A stretch of DNA of 64,000 bases from Gammaproteobacteria bacterium (GTDB lineage Bacteria; Pseudomonadota; Gammaproteobacteria; Arenicellales; Poriferihabitantaceae): the NCBI GenBank assembly GCA_011088265.1, contig JAALKB010000003.1, positions 3,670 through 67,669 of the forward strand, read 5' to 3'. Below the pieces are notes generated by a model. It had not been told where the DNA came from, did no database searches, and saw nothing but the letters and a program-made list of their open reading frames with translations. Shown in pieces: positions 10,168-18,941 of this stretch. The stretch's first letter is position 1; every line of letters begins with the position of its first letter. The position numbers were made by a program, and so were the translations under genes.

Positions 10168-11289
10168 CTAGTTCGATAGGGATTCCATGAAACGCTGTTT
10201 GATTTCCAGAGCCTTCAGTGGAATCTCAACACGCTGTTTGTCGTTACCTGCCTGTATCAGGTAATGAAGAAACAATGGTTTGTCCGCAATCAGTTGCGCC
10301 AGCTCTTTGGTAGAGTCGGTCATCCCTTTTCGATCAATACCCAATGCACTGGCAAACGCACTGAGGTTCATACCGGAAGAACTCAGGGTTGGTTGATTAC
10401 CCGTTGATCCCCAACTCCCATTGTCCAGACATATGACGGTTAAATTAGCAGGTTTGTATGTCGCCAGATCAAACAACTGGTTAGGGTTAAAGAAAAAGGC
10501 ACCATCACCATCAATCACATAAATGTGTCGATCTGGCACCTCCATCGCCAATCCAATTCCGACCTCTGTAGCCGCTCCCAAAGCGCCCAACATATAGAAG
10601 TTTTCCGCACGATCCTTACTGTTGTAAACCTCCTTGGATGGGAAGCCAATTTGCGAAAGCACAATGTCTTTGTCACCTACTTCCTGCATAATTTCTTCAA
10701 TCGCTCCTTTACGAGTGAGTGTAGGCTGGCCGTCATAGCCCTGTGTCACATTGTTAACCGTATCGAAGTTTGGACTCCCGAAAACATGATAATCCGCACT
10801 GTTTGTCTCCCACAATTCCGGGGATAACAAATAGACTTTTACTTTTTCATTATTGAAACAGTCTTCCAGACTTTGTTCTAAATCAACGAGATCATCTGCA
10901 GATTTACAGATTGTGTATTCAACATCGACTGCCTGTAAAAGCGATTCTACTTTTTGTCCAAACAGAACCTGGGCTTCAATGGGTTCCTTATAATAACCAC
11001 GCCAGGAGACAAAAATGGGCAGTGCAACCTGATACAACTTTTGCAAGGTATAAAGCTCAGTGATCAGATTTCCCAGTCCGGTGTTTTGAATAAACATTGC
11101 CGAGCGTTTCGCAGCCAGTGATCGACCGAAGCACAAACCAAGGCCAGCTGATTCCTTGGTGATATGCATAACGTCAATGCTCCCAGGCACCTGCTGCATC
11201 ACTGCATTAAGCTTATTGCAAGGGTTGTATGCGACTTTGCTTACACCTATTTTCGATAAGGCTGCCCAGATTGTTTCCGCGTTAGTCAT
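10168..11289 (-). CDS. TPP-dependent decarboxylase, fused ComD-ComE type (sulfopyruvate/phosphonopyruvate decarboxylase family)
   Basis: 373 aa. The N-half AYNPCNKL...FIQNTGLGNLITELYTL...FVSWRG resembles ComD. The C-half carries the TPP-binding motif IDGDGAFFFNPN. Confidence 0.7.
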   Translation of the reverse strand: MTNAETIWAALSKIGVSKVAYNPCNKLNAVMQQVPGSIDVMHITKESAGLGLCFGRSLAAKRSAMFIQNTGLGNLITELYTLQKLYQVALPIFVSWRGYYKEPIEAQVLFGQKVESLLQAVDVEYTICKSADDLVDLEQSLEDCFNNEKVKVYLLSPELWETNSADYHVFGSPNFDTVNNVTQGYDGQPTLTRKGAIEEIMQEVGDKDIVLSQIGFPSKEVYNSKDRAENFYMLGALGAATEVGIGLAMEVPDRHIYVIDGDGAFFFNPNQLFDLATYKPANLTVICLDNGSWGSTGNQPTLSSSGMNLSAFASALGIDRKGMTDSTKELAQLIADKPLFLHYLIQAGNDKQRVEIPLKALEIKQRFMESLSN

Positions 11290-11713
11290 GATTGATCCCC
11301 ATAGTTATTTCAGTTATTTCAAAATAAATTTACTGCCGTAAAATCGTTATTGTTTTGCAATAAATTCAATCAGATAAAGTTAATCAGATTTTTTTATCAG
11401 AATAGAAAAGTCAGACCACATTGGACATTTCCCATTGGTCTCAATTACAGAACGAAAATCAGAAGCAATAATACATTTTTTCTCACTAATTGTGTTTTTC
11501 GCCATTATGCCGCTAATGAAAAAAATATCTCAAACTCAGATCGGTTTGCTTTTGGATCAAGGACGAATCGATATAAGAGGTATAACAGGATCCAAAATGA
11601 AAGCGCTTTCATTATCAACATAAAAACTGACAAGGTCAAGCAGCAAAAATATCCGGGAAATTGAAATGCGCTGTTTTTCGCTATACGAAAATCATAGTCA
11701 ACGCCCCTGACCG

Positions 11714-12749
11714 ATGCCCAGAAAACCCGAAACCAGCGATCGCAATGTAACCATTGATGACATTGCCAAGGCAGCAAATGTTGGCATCGCCACAGTCTCA
11801 CGGGCACTCAATCATCCAGAGCTTCTCAAAAAGGACACCCGGGAACTGGTACTGAAGATCGTGGATGAATTAGGATACATTCGCTCTGGTGCTGCAATGG
11901 CATTAGCGTCGAACCAGACATTTACTGTGGGCGCCATCATCCCAACTTTTAACAATGCAATTTTTGCCGCTAGCATGGCAGGATTTGAAAAGGGGCTGTC
12001 CAGGGAGGGCTACACCTTACTGGTAACGGTATCTAATTTTGACCCAAAACAGGAAATCAAGCAGCTGCGTAAATTGCTAGAAAGGGGGGGTAGATGCAAT
12101 CTTACTAATCGGACTTGATCATCCTAAACAGGTTTTCGAGCTACTGCGGAGGTCTGGATGCTGCGTTGTGAGTATATTTGGCAGTTCCACCCAAGGTGAA
12201 ATTCCAGGTATCGGATTCGATAATGCCCAGGCATCCAAAGCCATTGTGGCACACCTGGCCTCAATGGGGCATCGACGTATGGGAATGATCTCAGGCATCA
12301 CAACAGATAATGATCGGGCAAGAGATCGAAAGAATGGCGTAATCAACGCATTACAGGACCATCGTTTTACCTACGATCCTGCTTTGTTCCTGGAATGTCA
12401 CTACTCTCATCATCATGGTAGGGAAGCGCTGTCAACACTATTGGTTCAGGCTCAACCGCCTACGGCAATAATATGCGGCAACGATGTTCTCGCAATGGGG
12501 GCATTATTTGAAGCCAGTTCCAGAGGTATTGATGTTCCCGGGGAGCTGTCCATTACCGGTTTTGACAATCTCCCCATTACCGAACACTTAAGACCCTCCT
12601 TAACTACCATTGATGTCCCCTCAGAAGAAATGGGAATTGCCGCCGCCAGATCCATTACCGATAACCTCCGATTTGGAAAGGCAATTGAATCAAGGTTATT
12701 GCAGGCCAATCTTCTAATCCGGGAAACCACCGGAAAAATTGCCCCTTGA
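11714..12749 (+). pseudogene. LacI-family transcriptional regulator, split by a frameshift
   Basis: ORF 11714..12118 holds the HTH (VTIDDIAKAANVGIATVSRAL) and the start of the sugar-binding domain. ORF 12168..12749 holds the rest. Reading VDAILLIGLDHPKQ... from 12090 joins them. The break is at a G7 run (12084-12090), where 6 G would restore the frame. Confidence 0.85.
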
Positions 12750-12892
12750 TTTGCCCTTCCATCTTTTGTGTCTTCCGGGGTATCTACTAAGGAATCTCCT
12801 GAGCACGAATTTCACTGGTACTCTTATAGATACTCTTAGTGGAAGACTACCCCAGGTCCCTGGACTATCATTCCTCGGTTCCCCTGCCCGGA

Positions 12893-14369
12893 TTATCGGA
12901 TAATAAAGGGATTCGCTGCGGTAGCTTGCTGGGCGATCCAAACCGACTTGATCTGCAAGAATTCCTTAATCGATTCCTGACCACTTTCCCGCCCCTGACC
13001 GCTTCGCTTATAGCCGCCAAAAGGCGAAGTAAAGCTTACCGCCCGATAGGTATTGACCCACACTGTGCCAGCTTTTAGTTTTTCAGACATACGCAGAGCT
13101 CGACCGATGTCCCGGGTCCATACACCTGCGGCCAATCCGTAGACAATATCGTTTCCGATGTTGATAGCTTCTTCTTCGGTGTCAAATGGAATCACTGAGA
13201 GAATTGGGCCGAACACTTCCTCCTGGGCGATCCGCATGTCATTAGTCACATTGGTAAAAATAGTGGGCTCAACAAACCGACTTCCCTTGGCACCTTCACC
13301 AGTATAGGGTTTGCCACCGAGAATACAGGTCGCGCCATCTGCATGGGCCACATCGATGTAATCCAGAATTTTCTGGTATTGGGGTGGCGTCGTTACCGGC
13401 TCCACATGGGTATCCGTAGACATGGGATCACCAATCTTCGCCCCGGCTGCCACCTCAATCAATCGTTCGACAAAGGCATCATGGATCGAACGTTGCACCA
13501 GTAAACGGGAACCGGCGATACAGGTTTGTCCTGTTGCAGCAAAGATACCGGAGATGGCTCCCATGACTGCGGCTTCAAAATCAGCGTCCTCGAAAACAAT
13601 ATTCGGTGATTTCCCACCGAGCTCCAGTGTCACCGGCATGATCTTTCGAGCCGCACTTTCATAGATTTTCTGGCCCGCAATATCAGAGCCTGTGAACGCA
13701 ATTTTAGCCACGTCAGGATGGTCAACCAAAGGTGCACCAGCTTCCAGCCCCATTCCGGAAATACAATTCACCACACCTGGGGGAATGCCCGCCTCGGTAA
13801 TTAATTCCATGAACTCCAGCGTCGATGCCGATGCATACTCAGATGGTTTTATCACCGCGGTGTTCCCAGCAGCTAAAGCTGGAGCCAACTTCCATGCCAA
13901 CAATAACAACGGGGAGTTCCATGCGGTGATCATGCCGATAACACCCAACGGTTCATAACGGGTAAAATTGAATATACCGGGTTTATCCGAAGGTAAAACT
14001 GCTCCTTCAACCTTGTCCGCCATACCACCGAAATAACGATACCATTCGGCAAGATATCGGGTTTGCACCCCCCATTTCCGCGATTAACTTTCCATTATCC
14101 CTGACTTCCAGCTCCCCTAATCGGCTGGCTTCGCGTTCAATAATTTCAGCCAGGCGCACTAATAACTTACCTCGTTGGGTTGGCCCCATGGCTCCCCATT
14201 CACCATCGAAAGCAGCCTTCGCAGAACTCACGGCACGGTCAACATCCAGAGCGTTCCCCCTGGGAATTTTCGCCCATGCTTCACCGGTATACGGGTTTTC
14301 AGTATCAAACCACTGCGCCGAAGCGGGGTTCACCCATTCACCATTGATATAGTGTTGATATGACTTCAC
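12893..14369 (-). pseudogene. NAD(P)-dependent aldehyde dehydrogenase, split by a frameshift
   Basis: ORF 14007..14429 (INGEWV...ENPYTGE...) and ORF 12893..14068 (FTGS, ELGGKSP, Cys-containing GQTCIAGSR) form one ALDH. The break is at a C6 run (14068-14073), where 5 would restore the frame. Likely GTG start at 14369, preceded by agagga. Confidence 0.85.
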
Positions 14370-14744
14370 ATTCGGTTCCTCTTGATTTCTATCGTTAATT
14401 TTTCCAACACTGAAACAACGCTCCTGCAACGCCCATACCCATACACAGCAGCATTGAGCATCCTACTATTTTATGCCATTCCTTATGCTTCGAGAATTTT
14501 CCGCAAACAGAGAGCTTAAAAAAGCAAACTCCGGGCTATCGCTTCGACAACCTCATTCCTTCCTGGATACCTCTTTCGACATTGGCAAGTATGAGATATC
14601 CTAAGGCATTGGGCCTTATGGACTCGACATGGAGATTTACTATAAACACGCACTAAACACGTGCTATGGAAATTCAGCCCAGGAATCCGGTTAGGATCCA
14701 GCGCTGAACTTCGTCCCAAACCCGTTAACGTTTCCTGATTAAAT

Positions 14745-15623
14745 ATGAATATTGCAGATAGCGTCGCCGTAGTCACCGGGGCAACCGGTGGAATTGGCCT
14801 GGCCATTAGCGAAAAACTGGTGGCCCTGAATATCAGGGGCATTGCCATTGTAGATGTCTCGGATCAATGCGAAGTCGTCTCCCGCCTCCTTAACGAATCA
14901 GCGGGAAGACAAGTGGCATGTGCATTTCAGGGCGATGTCACCGATCCGGAATTTAGAAACTCCGTTTTTCCTACTATGGAGAGCGAGGTTGGCCTGGTTC
15001 AAATTTGTATTCCTGCCGCCGGCATTTTGCGCGACTCCATGGCGGTGAAAATAAAAAAAAACCACCACGAAGACAAAAAAGACTCTCCGATTAGCCCCGC
15101 AGAAAATGCCAACGAGACTGACCCGATTGACCATACGGAGCTCTATCCGGAGTCACTTTTTCGCCAGGTACTGGAAGTTAATCTGTTGCATCCAACCTAC
15201 TGGGCCATGCAAACTATTGCCGGCATTGCAAACTACCGGGTAAATGAGGAACTGGGTTCGTGGCAAAGCCAGGAAGCAGTCCAGGGTGTCATCATCCTCA
15301 TCGGATCTGTTTCGTCCAGGGGAAACCGGGGACAGGTTTCCTACTCCGCGGCCAAAGCAGGATTGAATGCGGTTTGCACTACCTTGAATGTAGAAGGCCT
15401 CTATCATGGTGTACAAACAAAAATCATTCATCCTGGTTTCGTTTCCACGCCAATGACTGACTCCATGCCGGATCAGTACTTTGAAGAAAAACTCAAACCA
15501 TTGGTCGGCTTGGGCAGAATGATCGAGCCCACTGAGATCGCCGATGCCATTGTTTGCCTTATTGAAAACCCCATAATCAGCGGACAACTATGGGCTGATG
15601 CCAGTTTACGTCCCATGATCTAA
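14745..15623 (+). CDS. short-chain dehydrogenase/reductase with a charged ~35-aa insertion
   Basis: TGATGGIG cofactor motif and YSAAK catalytic motif. The insertion KIKKNHHEDKKDSPISPAENANETDPIDH follows the AAGI strand. Confidence 0.8.
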   Translation: MNIADSVAVVTGATGGIGLAISEKLVALNIRGIAIVDVSDQCEVVSRLLNESAGRQVACAFQGDVTDPEFRNSVFPTMESEVGLVQICIPAAGILRDSMAVKIKKNHHEDKKDSPISPAENANETDPIDHTELYPESLFRQVLEVNLLHPTYWAMQTIAGIANYRVNEELGSWQSQEAVQGVIILIGSVSSRGNRGQVSYSAAKAGLNAVCTTLNVEGLYHGVQTKIIHPGFVSTPMTDSMPDQYFEEKLKPLVGLGRMIEPTEIADAIVCLIENPIISGQLWADASLRPMI

Positions 15624-15625
15624 GT

Positions 15626-15973
15626 TTGGAAAAAATAGTGAAAAAACCTGTATTAAACGATGATGAACTGGAAGCAGCGATCGAATCCATTCCCAGCCAC
15701 CCAAATACTGGACAACCCTGGGCCGTGGTCAATGGAAAACTTCATAAGGAGTTTGTATTTGGAAATTTCATCGAAGCCTTTGGCTTTATGACCCAGTCCG
15801 CCCTGGAGGCGGAAAAAATGGATCATCATCCGGAGTGGTCAAACGTGTATAGGACCGTGGTAGTTGACCTGGTCACTCATTACAGCGATGGCATCACGGA
15901 GCTGGATATTGAGCTTGCCTGTCGAATGGAAAAACTCGGTAGATTCATTGATCAAAGGGCCACGAACCAGTGA
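15626..15973 (+). CDS. phhB: pterin-4-alpha-carbinolamine dehydratase
   Basis: FGNFIEAFGFMTQSALEAEKMDHHPEWSNVYRTVVVDLVTH matches the PCD/DCoH signature. The start is TTG 15626 or GTG 15638, 3-15 nt after the SDR stop. Confidence 0.85.
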   Translation: MEKIVKKPVLNDDELEAAIESIPSHPNTGQPWAVVNGKLHKEFVFGNFIEAFGFMTQSALEAEKMDHHPEWSNVYRTVVVDLVTHYSDGITELDIELACRMEKLGRFIDQRATNQ

Positions 15974-16046
15974 CGCCAAACATCCAGAGCGTCAACATCT
16001 GCGATACCGACAACGTTATGACCCGCACCATTCAAACGAATCCAGG

Positions 16047-18941
16047 TTGAATAACATCTCTTTTTTACGGCTACCTGAGCGCATCCGGGGGCTCATCAAT
16101 GATGGCGCAACCATTGTCACTGCAACCCATCGATTAGCCCGGGAATACCGTCAACAATATGACCTGGCTCAGATGCACGAAGGTAAACTGGTCTGGGAAA
16201 CTGTCGACATCCTTCCCCTTGGCGCCTGGGTAACCCGTTGTTGGCAAAGAGCCCGGGTTCACGACACTAATCCGGCCACGTTAATCGACGACTTACAGAT
16301 CAACACCATTTGGGAGGAAATTATTCAGGACGACATCAATCGTTTTGCGGGAGATGATGAGCTGTTGTGGAACGTAAGCCCCACAGCGAAGGCCGCCATG
16401 GATGCGTGGAAGCTAGCAATGAATTGGGACATCCACCTCCGCAGTTGTGAAACATCATTCCAGGCAGACCATCAGAGCTTCGGCCGTTGGGCAAATCAGT
16501 TTAAACTGATTTGCAAAAAGAACAACTGGCTTGATTCACCTTCTCTTATCAACGAAATTCTGCGTATTGTGGAAGATAGCGTACCCTATCAGACCAACCA
16601 CAAGATCGATCACCAGAGAAGCTTTTTATCGGAGCAGAAAGTTGCCTTTATCGGCTTTGATCGAATCACACCCCAACAGCAACGATTTATCGATCATCTA
16701 AATGGCGTGTCAGCGAAGCCCCCTCCCCAAAGTAACCGACAGGAAGAACCTAAAGACACTCCCTGGGAAGAAATCAGGGCCGTGGTTTTGGAAACCGAGC
16801 CACTACGTGGAGACAAACTCATGGAGGCGAGAGAGTACTCTGATGAGTATGAAGAATGGCTATCTGCCGCCCATTGGGCCAGAGAAAAACTGACACAGAA
16901 CCCGGATCAACGAATTGCCATTGTTGTCCCAGACCTGAATCAATGTCGGGAAAAAATAGACCACGCCCTTAGCCAGATACTATGCCCGAATCAGCTCATT
17001 GAAGGTGGCGCTGCCAGTAATCGACCTTATCATCTTTCCCTTGGTCAACCCATTAGTGCATACCCTGTCATAAAGGCGGCAAACATTTTGCTACGATTAA
17101 TGGTAAACCGGGTTTCACCCTATAACACGTTTGCCAGTTTGCTTCTCAGTCCATTTATTAGCGCTGCGAAAGACGAATTGTTTCGCCGCAGCCGATTGGA
17201 AATGTGGACACGCAGACAGCTCCCCTTTGAATGTACGCTAACCCAATTCATCCAGACTATCCGCCAGGCAGACGACTCAATGCATTGCCCGCAGCTCATC
17301 GAAACCCTAACCGGATTGCAGGAACTCCTATCCGCAACAGACCCGACACAAACTTTTTCATTTTGGGAAATAACTTTCCGAAAAAACCTGGAGCTGGCCG
17401 GTTGGCCCGGTCAGATAACGCTTAATAGTGATGAGTTTCAAACCGTAGACGCTTTTTTCGGACACCTTAAGGCATTGACCGCTATCGACGCTGTGGGAAA
17501 CCACGTGACCGCAGGAAAAGCGTTAGCAATACTTGAACAACGTTTAGCTGAGCAGACTTTTCAACCTGAAACTGGTCATACTTCGCTAGAGGTGTTGGGG
17601 GTGTTGGAAGCAACAGGTATTCGATTTGATGCCATGTGGTTTGGTGGACTAACAGAAAAAAACTGGCCACCCCCTCTTCGCTCTTCCCCTTTTATTCCCC
17701 GATCTCAACAGGAGCTTGCTGGCTTCCATCAATCCGCGGTTACGCTGAATCGTGAATTTGCGAATACAGTACAAAACCGCCTGGTAAATGATTCCCAGGA
17801 AATTGTATTTAGCCGCCCCCGTTATGAGCAGGATCTTGCTTTGCAAGTCAGCCCGCTGTTCCCTTTAGAGTTGGTTGACGATACCCAATGGCGACCCCTT
17901 TCGCTCATTCAACAAATCTCTCACCTGGGAGTTAATGGAAATCTGGAAACCGTCACGGAATCTAGTGGTTTGCCCGTGTCCATGCATCAACTAAAAGGCG
18001 GCACCTCGATTATCCAGGACCAATCTCACTGTCCCTGGAGAGCATACTCCCGGCACCGTTTAGGCGCCCGGGAAGACAACCCTAATGCCCAGGGGTTGGA
18101 TGCCATGAATCGAGGTTCCATCATTCACGGTGCCCTGGAACTGATGTGGCAAAACACCCGCTCCCTTGCCAATCTGCGCTCGATGACCGAAGAGGCTAGG
18201 CATCAGTTGGTGAATCGCAGTGTACACATTGCCAGCCAGCGTTTTGCGTTTATTAGTGGCTGCGGCCCTCAATTTCTCAAATCCCAAAGTGCATGGCTAC
18301 AAAGAATTCTGAAAACCTGGTTGGAAGTCGAATTGAGTCGTACTGATAATTTCGACATTCTTGAACTTGAAAAAACCCAGATCCTGAAGCTTGGGGAGCT
18401 TGAACTGAGATTCAAAGTTGATCGCATTGACAGGCTTGAGGACGGATCTTTGGTATTAATTGACTATAAAACCGGCCACCCCATTTCACTCAACCAATGG
18501 ATGGGCGAGCGCCCGGAGTCACCTCAGCTTCCACTTTATGCCATTGCTCAAATGGAACCCATCGAGGCAATAACCTTTGCCCATGTTAATAGCGGAAACA
18601 CCGGCTACTATGGCGTCAGCCATGAAAGTAAGTTCCTCGGAACAACTGGTCAGGATAATAAACCCTCGCAGGATACGTCCCTCCGGCCAGCCAGCCGGAT
18701 AGGCCCACTGGATAGTCACCGCACATTGAACAAACTCACTTCCGGGTGGGAAGAAATGTTAACAACGTGGTACCACAATCTCAATGCCCTGGCTGAACAG
18801 TTCGTCCAGGGAGATGCGAAAGTTGACCCTCTTAATGCCCTTACCTGTGCTCGATGTGATCTGCATTCCTTCTGCCGTATTCACGAAAAACAGGAAATGG
18901 CAGATCAGCAGGAACCCCTTGTGACTGGGGAGGTAAAATGA
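16047..18941 (+). CDS. AddB-like PD-(D/E)XK nuclease family DNA repair protein (inactivated-helicase/nuclease subunit)
   Basis: About 965 aa. N-terminus TIVTATHRLAREYRQQYD...VWETVDILPLGAW. C-terminal nuclease block LVLIDYKTG. Cys ligands HCPWRAY ... CARCDLHSFC suggest an Fe-S cluster. The start is uncertain: in-frame TTG at 16047 is proposed, and the ORF-track start at 15864 overlaps phhB. Confidence 0.7.
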   Translation: MNNISFLRLPERIRGLINDGATIVTATHRLAREYRQQYDLAQMHEGKLVWETVDILPLGAWVTRCWQRARVHDTNPATLIDDLQINTIWEEIIQDDINRFAGDDELLWNVSPTAKAAMDAWKLAMNWDIHLRSCETSFQADHQSFGRWANQFKLICKKNNWLDSPSLINEILRIVEDSVPYQTNHKIDHQRSFLSEQKVAFIGFDRITPQQQRFIDHLNGVSAKPPPQSNRQEEPKDTPWEEIRAVVLETEPLRGDKLMEAREYSDEYEEWLSAAHWAREKLTQNPDQRIAIVVPDLNQCREKIDHALSQILCPNQLIEGGAASNRPYHLSLGQPISAYPVIKAANILLRLMVNRVSPYNTFASLLLSPFISAAKDELFRRSRLEMWTRRQLPFECTLTQFIQTIRQADDSMHCPQLIETLTGLQELLSATDPTQTFSFWEITFRKNLELAGWPGQITLNSDEFQTVDAFFGHLKALTAIDAVGNHVTAGKALAILEQRLAEQTFQPETGHTSLEVLGVLEATGIRFDAMWFGGLTEKNWPPPLRSSPFIPRSQQELAGFHQSAVTLNREFANTVQNRLVNDSQEIVFSRPRYEQDLALQVSPLFPLELVDDTQWRPLSLIQQISHLGVNGNLETVTESSGLPVSMHQLKGGTSIIQDQSHCPWRAYSRHRLGAREDNPNAQGLDAMNRGSIIHGALELMWQNTRSLANLRSMTEEARHQLVNRSVHIASQRFAFISGCGPQFLKSQSAWLQRILKTWLEVELSRTDNFDILELEKTQILKLGELELRFKVDRIDRLEDGSLVLIDYKTGHPISLNQWMGERPESPQLPLYAIAQMEPIEAITFAHVNSGNTGYYGVSHESKFLGTTGQDNKPSQDTSLRPASRIGPLDSHRTLNKLTSGWEEMLTTWYHNLNALAEQFVQGDAKVDPLNALTCARCDLHSFCRIHEKQEMADQQEPLVTGEVK

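Noticed and set aside
11675-11691. Inverted repeat TTTTCG-ctata-CGAAAA about 25 nt upstream of the LacI-family gene, considered as its operator.
   Set aside because: The arms are only 6 bp in an AT-rich region. The odd spacer is unlike typical even-symmetry LacI operators with a central CG. The evidence is too weak to call.
15864-16046. The long 5' extension of the AddB-like ORF overlapping phhB might be real coding sequence.
   Set aside because: The extension is out of frame with a strongly supported PCD gene, has no family-like sequence, and the conserved N-terminal block starts just after an in-frame TTG at 16047.
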